Assembly (NCBI GenBank): GCA_027340875.1
Contig: DAIENX010000041.1
Span: 1-53,273 of the forward strand
DNA length: 53,273 nt
Source: Elusimicrobiota bacterium
Lineage (GTDB): Bacteria > Elusimicrobiota > Elusimicrobia > Elusimicrobiales > UBA9959
Reading direction: 5' to 3'
The translations under genes and the position numbers were made by a program. The notes below the pieces were generated by a model. The model had not been told where the DNA came from, did not search any database, and saw nothing but the letters and a program-made list of their open reading frames with translations. Below, one piece after another: positions 1-8,240 of the stretch; positions within the stretch are counted from its first letter, which is position 1; each line of letters starts with the position of its first letter.

Positions 1-41
1 ATTAATATAATTAAACAAAATTATCGAGTTTCCCCACAATA

Positions 42-144
42 ACGGGCAGGGCGCCCGTAAATGCGAAAACCCGCTTTTGGCGGGTTTTCGCGTCCCCTTC
101 CTTCGGGGAGTTCACAGTTGGAGGCCGCTAGGCGGCGTCCAACT
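42..144 (-). other. structured leader or small RNA with four consecutive hairpins
   Basis: Stems at 116-144, 93-109, 63-91 (12-bp GCGAAAACCCGC/GCGGGTTTTCGC) and 42-58, directly downstream of the promoter. Confidence 0.5.
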
Positions 145-146
145 AT

Positions 147-174
147 AGTATAGCAGGCCTAATCCGGTTGTCAA
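147..174 (-). promoter_or_regulatory. sigma70-type promoter TTGACA-N16-TATACT with extended -10 (TGc), firing toward the left window edge
   Basis: Plus strand tgtcaa at 169-174 and agtata at 147-152; near-consensus hexamers. Confidence 0.7.
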
Positions 175-818
175 GGGGCGGGGACGGGGCTTTTTTTGTC
201 CCTCCAGACGCTGTACTGCAGGGTGAAAGCCAGGTTCAGACTGTCAGCCGAGCCGAGGTCCAGAGAGGCCCCTTTCACGCTGAAGATATGGTGCCAGCGC
301 AGCTCCACCCCCCCCATAGTCCCGAAAAGGAACGGCGTAGCCGCCCCGCCGCCAAGGTTAAGCCCTATGCTGGAACCGGAATCCGACCCGAAACGGACGC
401 CGCCCGAAGTGTAGCCGGGCTGGCGCCACTGATAGACGCCTGCCCCTAGTATCCCGTAATAGATACGCCGCCCCTCGGAATACGAAGCCCTGACGAACGG
501 CGTAAGGGAGATGATGCGCAGCTGCAGACCTTCGGAAGCCCTGTTATTGTGGGAGCCGGCATAAAATGTCTCCGCCCCGTAGCTCAGGACCTCGTCTACC
601 CGCTTGGAGACGGACAGGCTGAACGAGGAGGAAGAGGAGAAGCCGGCTGTTTTATCCCCCCAGTGCCCTCCCAGCGGCATATTCTTGCCTATCCCGGCGT
701 TTATATAGCCGGCCAGGTACCTGGTCGGCTCAGGCAGGTCCCCAAGGTCGGGGAGATCGGGGAGGTTCTGCGCCGAGGCAGGAACAGCCAGCAGAAGGAA
801 AAGAAGGACTTTCCTCAC
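171..818 (-). CDS. outer-membrane beta-barrel protein (OMP_b-brl-like)
   Basis: Signal peptide MRKVLLFLLLAVPASA; alternating Gly/aromatic strands (YYGILGAGVY, GLNLGGG, ELRWHHI). Confidence 0.7.
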   Translation of the reverse strand: MRKVLLFLLLAVPASAQNLPDLPDLGDLPEPTRYLAGYINAGIGKNMPLGGHWGDKTAGFSSSSSFSLSVSKRVDEVLSYGAETFYAGSHNNRASEGLQLRIISLTPFVRASYSEGRRIYYGILGAGVYQWRQPGYTSGGVRFGSDSGSSIGLNLGGGAATPFLFGTMGGVELRWHHIFSVKGASLDLGSADSLNLAFTLQYSVWRDKKSPVPAP

Positions 819-1903
819 CCGCGCGCCTTTCCGGGCGTCACGCCTATGCCGGCCTTGACCGCGTCCAGCGAGTAGACCCCGTCCTTAGAGAGGAACGAGG
901 CTCCGCGCATGCCGCTGTCCTTGATGAAGAACGGCGTGTCCAGGTCTATGAAATCGAAACCTCCGAGGCCGCCCGCGAAATGGGCGGCCGCGCAGGAGGC
1001 CAGTTCGCTCTCGAGCATCTCGCCCATCATCAGCTTTACGCCCCGGGCGCGTGCCAGCGCCCAGACCTCGCGGGCGCGCAGGAAGCCCAGCTTCGTCAGT
1101 TTTATGTTGACGGCGGTGACGGCGTTCCGGCGCAGCAGCCGGAAAACGTCGTCTAGGGAATAGGCGGATTCGTCGGCGCAGACCGGCATCGGCAGCTTCC
1201 TGGACAGGTAGGCAAGACCGTCGACGTCGTCCTTCTTCACCGGCTGCTCCACGACTTCAGGACGTATCCCCCGGCGGGCGAGACCGCGCAGGAAATTCTC
1301 CGCCTCCTTCGCCGTGTACGCGCAGTTCGCGTCGAGATAGACCGCGCAGCCCGGAGCGGCCTTGCGGACGGCCTCGAGCCGGCGGAAGTCCTCGTCCATG
1401 TCCGCGCCCGTTTTTATCTTGAATATCCTGAAACCCCGCGCCCGCATCTTCTTCGTAAAATCGAAAGCCGTCCGCGCGTCCCCTATCACTACCGTGACGT
1501 CGGTCTTAAGGCGCGGGACCCTGCCGCCGAAGAACTTCCAGAGCGACACGCCCTGCAGCCTGGAGGCCAGGTCCAGCAGGGCCATCTCGGCGGCGGCCAG
1601 CGCGGCCCGGTTGCCGTCGAGCAGTTTCTCCAGGACGCACATCGCGCCCAGATAATCCGCGGCGTCGCGGCCGGCCAGCAGCTCCCCGGCCTTCTCCAGA
1701 CTGCGCATCGTGCGTTCCCGGGTCTCGCCGGTGATATGCGTGGCTATGGCCGCCTCGCCGTAGCCGCTGAGGCCGCACGCGGCCTTCAGCGTGAACAGCG
1801 CGTTGGTCATGCTCCGGTGGCTGCCGCTGGATATCGTGAACGGAGTGAAGAGCTCGGCGTCCATCCTGCTTACCGAATATCCGGAGATCAGTGAATCCTT
1901 CAT
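815..1903 (-). CDS. dipeptide epimerase (L-Ala-D/L-Glu epimerase, enolase superfamily)
   Basis: GYGEAA, FKIKTG, LDAN, EQP, ADES, NIKL and DLD motifs. Confidence 0.85.
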   Translation of the reverse strand: MKDSLISGYSVSRMDAELFTPFTISSGSHRSMTNALFTLKAACGLSGYGEAAIATHITGETRERTMRSLEKAGELLAGRDAADYLGAMCVLEKLLDGNRAALAAAEMALLDLASRLQGVSLWKFFGGRVPRLKTDVTVVIGDARTAFDFTKKMRARGFRIFKIKTGADMDEDFRRLEAVRKAAPGCAVYLDANCAYTAKEAENFLRGLARRGIRPEVVEQPVKKDDVDGLAYLSRKLPMPVCADESAYSLDDVFRLLRRNAVTAVNIKLTKLGFLRAREVWALARARGVKLMMGEMLESELASCAAAHFAGGLGGFDFIDLDTPFFIKDSGMRGASFLSKDGVYSLDAVKAGIGVTPGKARG

Positions 1904-1909
1904 GAAAAA

Positions 1910-3049
1910 CTATCCTTTCCGCGGCACCGAATCGCGGCCCAGCAGCATCAGCGCTACTACTATCAGGAAGATCAGCACGCTCTGGACGAGCAGCAGCCAG
2001 GTCCCCGCCGTGGAGGCGGTATGCCTTATCGTCCAGGCCCCCAGGCCGAGGCAGACGTTCAGCAGCACTATGAAGCCCACTGTCTGTTCCACGCCCATGC
2101 CCAGCTTCATCAGGCGGTGGTGGAAATGGTCCTTCCCGGCGTATTCCAGCCATTCCCTCACGTTGGTAACTGTGCCGTTCCTGATGCGCGAGATGGTGGT
2201 ATAGATGATGTCGAAGATAGGGATGCCGAGCACCAGCAGCGGAGTGGAGAAAGCTACGGCAGGATTGTCGGTGGCCCAGCTGCCGTAGAGGGCCAGGCAG
2301 CCCAGTATGAAGCCTATGAACGTGGAGCCGGAATCCCCCAGGAAGACGCGGGCCGGCCGCCAGTTCATGCGCAGGAAGCCGGCGCATGCGCCTGCCAGGG
2401 CGGCCGAGATGAACGCCAGCGCGTGCTGGCCGGAGTTCCAGCCTATGCCCAGGAACAGCAGCGCGCAGACGGCTCCCATCGTCGAGGCCAGGCCGTCTAT
2501 GCCGTCCATGAAGTTGAAGGCATTGACGATGCCGACGAGCCACAGGACGGAAAGGACGGTCGATAGCGCGGCGCCGAAAGGCATCTTGAGGGTGAAGCTC
2601 ATGTGCAGGCCGAAGAACGTCACCGTCAGGGCGGCCACGGTCTGCCAGAAAAGCCTGGTACGGGCCGAGAGCCCCTTCCAATCGTCGAAGAAGCCGAGCA
2701 GGAATATTATCGTACCGCCCAGCAGTATGCCGTATATCTCGCGGGAGAACTGCAGGTTGCGCACTACCGCCGCCAGGAAGGCCAGATAGACCGCCAGGCC
2801 GCCTATGCGCGGTATCGGTTCGAAATGCACCTTCCTCTCCCCCGGCATATCGATGGCGCCTATCCTGAGGGCAAGCCAGACGCTGGCGGGGGCCAGCAGG
2901 AAGACTGCGGACATCGCTATCAGGAACAGGTAAAGCCAGCGCAGCCCCTCGATCCACGTCCAGGCGGAGAAGCCGCCGGCCGGCAGCATGGCCACCAGGG
3001 CGGCCAGCGTGAGCAGGGAGAAGATCCCGCCCTGGCGGCGCATGGTCAC
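1910..3049 (-). CDS. MraY/WecA-family polyprenyl-phosphate HexNAc-1-phosphate transferase
   Basis: RKVH..P.PR.GG, GFFDD, NAFNFMDGIDGLA, FLGDSGS and HFHHRL motifs; polytopic membrane protein. Confidence 0.9.
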   Translation of the reverse strand: MTMRRQGGIFSLLTLAALVAMLPAGGFSAWTWIEGLRWLYLFLIAMSAVFLLAPASVWLALRIGAIDMPGERKVHFEPIPRIGGLAVYLAFLAAVVRNLQFSREIYGILLGGTIIFLLGFFDDWKGLSARTRLFWQTVAALTVTFFGLHMSFTLKMPFGAALSTVLSVLWLVGIVNAFNFMDGIDGLASTMGAVCALLFLGIGWNSGQHALAFISAALAGACAGFLRMNWRPARVFLGDSGSTFIGFILGCLALYGSWATDNPAVAFSTPLLVLGIPIFDIIYTTISRIRNGTVTNVREWLEYAGKDHFHHRLMKLGMGVEQTVGFIVLLNVCLGLGAWTIRHTASTAGTWLLLVQSVLIFLIVVALMLLGRDSVPRKG

Positions 3050-3083
3050 GGCCGCGCCCCCGCGACGCTGGCGTGGTATGGCG

Positions 3084-3710
3084 TCATTTCGCTGAAATGA
3101 GATGGTCCAGCAGCAGGCGGCGCGGCATGAAGCCCTCCGCGTACTTGACCCTGTCCTGGTAGCCGCGGAACATCGCCGCGGCCTTGGCGCTCTCGACGAT
3201 GGAGAGGTTCTTGACCCTGGTCTTGTAGACCTGCGAGCGGTGGCATTTCAGCAGCGCCACCTTCCTGGTTATCACTCCCCCTATGTCGACGAAGACTCCG
3301 GGGTTGAAATCTATCGTGGTCGGGACCTCGTAAAAGAGCAGGTTCCTGGTGTACCTCGCCGCGGTCTCCACCGCGCGGGCCACGTTGCGGTGGTCCTGGT
3401 GCGTGTCCGCGCCGTGGTTGACGAAGACCATGTCCGGCTTCACGGACTCTATCACCGTCTCCACGGCGCAGATCAGCTCGCGGGTCAGGCTGACCCCAGT
3501 ATCCTCGAACCCTCCCCAGTAAAGCTTCGCCTTCAGGACCGCCGCGGCCCGCTCCTGCTCGGCCAGCCGCACCCGCGGGTCCCCGCCGACCGAGCCGTGG
3601 GTCATGACCAGCATGTGCAGCCTGTGGCCGGCGGCGGAAAGCTTGGAGAAGGTCCCGCCGCAGCCGAATTCCAGATCGTCCGGATGCGCGCCTATGCCGA
3701 GTATCTTCAT
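3084..3710 (-). CDS. PIG-L/LmbE-family deacetylase
   Basis: GAHPDDLEFGCGG and HQDH metal-binding motifs; start taken at MKILGIG. Confidence 0.9.
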   Translation of the reverse strand: MKILGIGAHPDDLEFGCGGTFSKLSAAGHRLHMLVMTHGSVGGDPRVRLAEQERAAAVLKAKLYWGGFEDTGVSLTRELICAVETVIESVKPDMVFVNHGADTHQDHRNVARAVETAARYTRNLLFYEVPTTIDFNPGVFVDIGGVITRKVALLKCHRSQVYKTRVKNLSIVESAKAAAMFRGYQDRVKYAEGFMPRRLLLDHLISAK

Positions 3711-3734
3711 AAAGACCACCTTTTCAGCCGCCGC

Positions 3735-4532
3735 CTATCTGCTGCTTTCCGCGCCTTCCGTCACCAGTTCCTCGGTTATTGTACGCACCCCTTTGGAGTA
3801 CGCGGCCAGCATGCTCATGTTGGCGATGTTGTTTATCCACCTCGGTATGCCGCCGGAGCGTTCGTAGAGCGCCTCCATGGCCTTGTCGTCGAAGATGTTC
3901 TCCTGCAGTCCGCCCACCTCCAGCCTGTGGGCTACGTAGCGGCAGGTCTCCTCGAAATCCAGCGGCTGCAGCCTGTAGCTGAGCGTGATGCGCTGGCTGA
4001 ACTGCTTGTTGGAATCCAGTTTCTCCTTCAGTTCCGGCTGGCCGCTGAGGAGCAGAGTCAGCAGGAAGCGCGTTTCCGTCTGGAAGTTCAGCAGCAGCCG
4101 CAGCTCCTCGAAAACGTCCTCGCGGTCTATCAGTTGGGCCTCGTCTATAACCACCACCACGTGCTTGCCGTCGTGGGCGGTGTCGGTCAGGAACTTCTCT
4201 ATGCCCATCAGCACGTCTTCCTTCTGCTTGGGCACGTTGTAGCCGGTCAGATTATGCAGGATGACCTTCAGCAGGCCCAGGTCGTCCAGCCGCGGGTTCT
4301 GCACGGAGGAGAAGACGTATCCCTTCTTGCGGAACTGCCGCTCCAGGGACTTGAGCAGCAGCGTCTTGCCGGTGCCGTACGCGCCGGTCACCACGGCGCA
4401 GGGTTTGCGCTCCTCGACCACGTAGGAGAGGCGCGAGAAGGCCTCCTCGTGCTTCTCCGAAGAGAAGAAGAATTCCGTGTCCGGAGTGTTCTCGAAAGGC
4501 AGCTTCTTCAGGTTCCAGTGCTTCTGATACAT
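3735..4532 (-). CDS. ExeA/GspA-type AAA ATPase (stand-alone, no peptidoglycan-binding domain)
   Basis: MY..HW.L...PF.NTPD start, Walker A GAYGTGKT, IDEAQ, GQPEL, SGGIPRWIN. Confidence 0.88.
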   Translation of the reverse strand: MYQKHWNLKKLPFENTPDTEFFFSSEKHEEAFSRLSYVVEERKPCAVVTGAYGTGKTLLLKSLERQFRKKGYVFSSVQNPRLDDLGLLKVILHNLTGYNVPKQKEDVLMGIEKFLTDTAHDGKHVVVVIDEAQLIDREDVFEELRLLLNFQTETRFLLTLLLSGQPELKEKLDSNKQFSQRITLSYRLQPLDFEETCRYVAHRLEVGGLQENIFDDKAMEALYERSGGIPRWINNIANMSMLAAYSKGVRTITEELVTEGAESSR

Positions 4533-4584
4533 GGCAATATTTAATTATAAATGCCGCGATAAGGCAAGCAGGCCGCTCTCCGCC

Positions 4585-5637
4585 TCAGGCCAGCCTGGCC
4601 CGCAGCAGCTCCGCCCTGAACGCGTCGCGTTCGGCCGGGCTCAGGTCCCTGCCTGCCGCGGCCCTGATGTGCGCGGGCTGCATCAGCAGGGTCAGCTGGT
4701 TGAAGGCGCTGAAGTCCAGCCCGGTGGGGAATCCCATGGCCGCCCCCATCCGCACCAGCGAGACGTTCTGCATGAATTCCTCGTAGGAGAGGGTCCTGGC
4801 GTGCTTCAGCAGGCCCAGCGCCCTGAACACCGCGTCCTCCGTCTTGATCCTGAGGCCGCCCTTCAGAAGGGCCTCCCGCGAGACTATCTCCTGGCGTATA
4901 AGGTTGCGGATCACCCTGTCGATGTTCTGGCAGAAATCCTCCTCCGAGCGGCCCAGACAGGTGGCGTTGGAGATCTGATAAAAATCGCCGAGGACCATGG
5001 TCCCCTCGCCGTAGATGCCCCTGGCGGTTACGCCCAGATGGGACAGGTTCTCCAGCACCTGCGGCATGCGCCCCAGGCGGGAGAGCGCCGGCAGATGCGC
5101 CAGGCAGGAGACCCTCATGCCGGTGCCGGTGTTGGTGGGACAGGCCGTCAGGAAGCCGAAGCGCCGGCCGTAAGCGAAAGGCAGCGCCCGGCCCATAGCC
5201 TCGTCTGCGCGCAGCGCGGACGCGAGAGAGGACTCTATCGCGAAACCGGAGCGGAGGCACTGTATCCGGAGATGGTCCTCCTCGTTGACCATGACGGCAA
5301 TGTCCTCATCGTTGGCTATCGCCGCCCCGGAAGGCAGCACCGAGGAGGCCAGCGCGTGGGAGACATGGTGGCGCTCCACGAGGAAGCGTTTCTCCGCCGG
5401 GCGCAGCGTCTCCAGCTTCAGGAAGTGCCCGCGGGGAAAAAGCCCGGTGTCCTTGGCCGCGGAAAGCGCGAGGCGGCGTATCTCGGCCAGCTGGCGCGGC
5501 TCGGCGCGGTTCGGAAAAGGGAAGCCCTGCAGGTTGCGCGCGAAGCGCACGCGGGTCGAGAAGACCATGTCCGGCCAGGCTCCGCGGGCGTTGGCCCAGG
5601 TCACGTACGGCCGGAAGCTCTTTATGACGTCAGCCAT
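4585..5637 (-). CDS. mcsB: protein-arginine kinase McsB
   Basis: STRVRFARN, VNEEDHLRIQ, LTACPTNTGTGMRVS, RGIYGEG and YQISN motifs; start at MADVIK overlapping mcsA. Confidence 0.92.
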   Translation of the reverse strand: MADVIKSFRPYVTWANARGAWPDMVFSTRVRFARNLQGFPFPNRAEPRQLAEIRRLALSAAKDTGLFPRGHFLKLETLRPAEKRFLVERHHVSHALASSVLPSGAAIANDEDIAVMVNEEDHLRIQCLRSGFAIESSLASALRADEAMGRALPFAYGRRFGFLTACPTNTGTGMRVSCLAHLPALSRLGRMPQVLENLSHLGVTARGIYGEGTMVLGDFYQISNATCLGRSEEDFCQNIDRVIRNLIRQEIVSREALLKGGLRIKTEDAVFRALGLLKHARTLSYEEFMQNVSLVRMGAAMGFPTGLDFSAFNQLTLLMQPAHIRAAAGRDLSPAERDAFRAELLRARLA

Positions 5638-6145
5638 GACGCCCCTCCAGTTCCCGCATCGCGTCTCGCAACTTGGCCGCGGCCTCGAAGTCCTCTTTCT
5701 CAACGGCCCTCTTCAGCGAGGCCCTCAACTCTTCCAGCCGTCTCGCGGCTTCCCCCCTGGAAAGCTTGAGCGCCGGACCGCCTGCGTAGCCCCTGCCGGA
5801 GTGCTGCGCGAAGCCGTGTATCCTGGCCATCAGCTCCGCCAGCTGCGGCTCGAAACTTGAATAACAGTCCGGGCAGCCGAGCAGGCCGCTCTCCTTGAAC
5901 TCCGAATACTTCAGGCCGCAGCCCTGGCAGCGCAGGGTCTTCTTCTCCGGCGGCAGGAACTCCTTGAAATAGCCGCTCATGTTGCCGACGATGTCGGAGA
6001 TGTTGAAAGCGCCGGTCTCCAGGCCGAAACCCATCCCCTTCTTCGCGGCGCAGGCCGGGCACAGGTGCATCTCCCTGACCTTGTTGTTGACCGCCAGCTT
6101 AAGGAAGACGGCGGCGTGGTTCTTGCGGCATTCCTCGCAGAGCAT
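5630..6145 (-). CDS. mcsA: McsA, activator of McsB
   Basis: Four CxxC pairs, GLLGCPDCY, C-terminal UvrB/C motif EDFEAAAKLRD. Confidence 0.92.
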   Translation of the reverse strand: MLCEECRKNHAAVFLKLAVNNKVREMHLCPACAAKKGMGFGLETGAFNISDIVGNMSGYFKEFLPPEKKTLRCQGCGLKYSEFKESGLLGCPDCYSSFEPQLAELMARIHGFAQHSGRGYAGGPALKLSRGEAARRLEELRASLKRAVEKEDFEAAAKLRDAMRELEGRHG

Positions 6146-6816
6146 CAGTAGATACCCTCGGTCAGCCTGCCCGATCCCATGCGCAGCACGCGGTCGGCGC
6201 GCCGGGCGGCCTCCTCGTTATGGGTGACCATCAGCACGGCGGAGCCCAGGCCGGCGGCGCGGCGCAGGTCCTCCAGTATGACCCCGGAATTGTGGCGGTC
6301 CAGGTTCCCTGTCGGCTCGTCGGCTATCAGCAGCGCCGGGGCGTTGCGCAGCGCCCTGAGCATCGCGGCGCGCTGCTTCTCTCCGCCTGACACCTCCATC
6401 GGGAACTTGTCGGCTATCGCCGACAGCCCGAAATGGGACAGCAGGCCGAGGCCCTTCGCGGCATCCCCGGCGCCAAGCACCCGGGCCGGCATCTCGATGT
6501 TCTCGAGCACCGTGAACTCCGGCAGCAGCGAGTCGAACTGGAAGACGAAGCCGATGTTCTTCAGCCTGAGCGCAGCCTTCTCGGTCTCGCCCAGGTCCTC
6601 CAGGCGGCGGCCGAAAAGCCGCACCTCGCCGCTGTAGACGTCGTCCAGCAGCCCGACGATGTTCAGGAAAGTGGACTTGCCGGAGCCCGAAGGCCCGACT
6701 ATGGAGACGAACTCGCCCCGCGAGATGTGGAAATCCAGCTCCTCGAGCACCAGTATCTGCTCGTGGCCCTGCGTATAGGCCTTGCTCAGCCCTGAGATCT
6801 CGACTATCTTATCCAT
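6145..6816 (-). CDS. lolD: LolD-like ABC ATP-binding protein
   Basis: GPSGSGKST, GFVFQF, SGGEKQR, ADEPTGNLD, VTH; downstream of a lolC/E-like permease; start at MDKIVEI. Confidence 0.8.
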   Translation of the reverse strand: MDKIVEISGLSKAYTQGHEQILVLEELDFHISRGEFVSIVGPSGSGKSTFLNIVGLLDDVYSGEVRLFGRRLEDLGETEKAALRLKNIGFVFQFDSLLPEFTVLENIEMPARVLGAGDAAKGLGLLSHFGLSAIADKFPMEVSGGEKQRAAMLRALRNAPALLIADEPTGNLDRHNSGVILEDLRRAAGLGSAVLMVTHNEEAARRADRVLRMGSGRLTEGIY

Positions 6817-6848
6817 CAGGAAAATCCCTTTTTTCCCCGCGCCGGGAA

Positions 6849-6952
6849 CAGGCATGGGATAGCCCTGCCGCCGCATAGCGGATGGGGGGCCCCGCTTCGG
6901 GGGGAAACCACGGGAGGGTTTCCTACGCGGCGGAAGGGCGATCCCATGACTG
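6849..6952. repeat. ~30-bp imperfect inverted repeat enclosing two small hairpins
   Basis: CAGGCATGGGATAGCCCTGCCGCCGCATAG (6849-6878) pairs with CTACGCGGCGGAAGGGCGATCCCATGACTG (6923-6952). Confidence 0.75.
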
Positions 6953-6954
6953 GA

Positions 6955-8184
6955 TTATCCATAGCGTATCGCGTCCACAGGGCTGATCCTGGAAGCCCGC
7001 AGCGCCGGGTATACCGCGCTGAGCATGCAGAGCAGGTAGCTGACGGCCGCGGTGAGCAGTATATTGGAAAGCTTCAGCTGCACCGGCACCTTCGTCACGT
7101 AATAGATGTCCGACGGCAGCTCGATGACCGGATAAGCGGAGATGAAGACGGAGATCCCCACGCCCAGCAGCAGGCCCAACGTTATGCCGGTGAGAGCTAT
7201 CAGGTTCCCCTCCCACAGGAACACCTTCCTGACGAAGGACGGCCCGGCCCCCATCGCGCGCAGTATGCCGATATCCCGCAGCTTCTCCACGCTCATCATC
7301 AGCAGGTTGGAGGCGATGTTGAAGGTGGCCACCAGGATGATCAGCGCCAGCACCAGCGACATCACGAACTTCTCCAGCTTCAGCGCCGAGAAAAGCGTGC
7401 GGTTCATGTCGGCGTAGGTCTTCACGCTGTAGGCGAAGCCGAGCGTCTTGCGCAGAGCCGCCGCGGCGGCCGGCGCGTCATTTATGTCCCGGAGCCGCAC
7501 GCCGACGCCGTTGGCCCCGCCCGGCACTCCGAAGAAGTCTCCCGCTGCCGCGATGCCGCAGTAGGCCATGGTGTTGTCGAACTCGAAATAGCCGGTGCGT
7601 ATAAGGCCGGTCACGCGGAACTTCTTCATCTTCGGCAGCAGCCCCATGCCTGTCGTCGCCGCCCCCTGCGGCGAGACCAGCACCACGTCGTCGCCGGTCC
7701 AGAGCCCCAGGTGCCTGGCCAGCTCTTCGCACAGCACCAGCGCAGGAGGAGCATCCTTGACCGGCGAGAAAAGCCCGTCCCAGGACCCGCGCGTCAGGGA
7801 GGAGCGGAGGCTGTTAACCTTGAACTCGGCCTCCGGGGAAAAGCCTTTCACCACCACACCGGTGGAGCGGCCGTCGAACGTAAGTATCCCCTGCCCCAGC
7901 ACGAACGGGGACTCGGCCGCGGCATGTCCCTCCTTGCCCAGCACGGCCCTGATAACCTCGAGGTCGCGCGGCTTCATGCTGCCGTAGATGGTTATGTGGG
8001 CCTGCGCGTCTATTATCTTCTTCTTGATGTCGGACTGGAAGCCGTCCATGATGGCCAGCGTCACGATAAGCGCGGCGACACCGAGCGCCACCCCCGCCAC
8101 GCCGATGACCGTAGTGATCATGGCGAAAAGGCCCTTCCTCTTGGCAAGCAGGTACCGGCGGGCTATGAAGAATTCCGTGGACAT
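6955..8184 (-). CDS. LolC/E-family lipoprotein-releasing ABC permease
   Basis: FIARRYL start, GVALGVAALIVTLAIMDGF, NRTLFSALKLEK, DIGILRAMGA, YPALRAS...P.DAIRY. Confidence 0.9.
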   Translation of the reverse strand: MSTEFFIARRYLLAKRKGLFAMITTVIGVAGVALGVAALIVTLAIMDGFQSDIKKKIIDAQAHITIYGSMKPRDLEVIRAVLGKEGHAAAESPFVLGQGILTFDGRSTGVVVKGFSPEAEFKVNSLRSSLTRGSWDGLFSPVKDAPPALVLCEELARHLGLWTGDDVVLVSPQGAATTGMGLLPKMKKFRVTGLIRTGYFEFDNTMAYCGIAAAGDFFGVPGGANGVGVRLRDINDAPAAAAALRKTLGFAYSVKTYADMNRTLFSALKLEKFVMSLVLALIILVATFNIASNLLMMSVEKLRDIGILRAMGAGPSFVRKVFLWEGNLIALTGITLGLLLGVGISVFISAYPVIELPSDIYYVTKVPVQLKLSNILLTAAVSYLLCMLSAVYPALRASRISPVDAIRYG

Positions 8185-8240
8185 AACTGGGACCGGCGGG
8201 CGGCCGCCGGGGACGGTTCCCCGGCGCGCCTTCCGGGAAG

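Noticed and set aside
6849..6952. SRP RNA, 6S RNA or integron attC identity for the hairpin element
   Set aside because: Lacks the SRP domain IV motif, is too short for 6S, and has no RYYYAAC/GTTRRRY ends.
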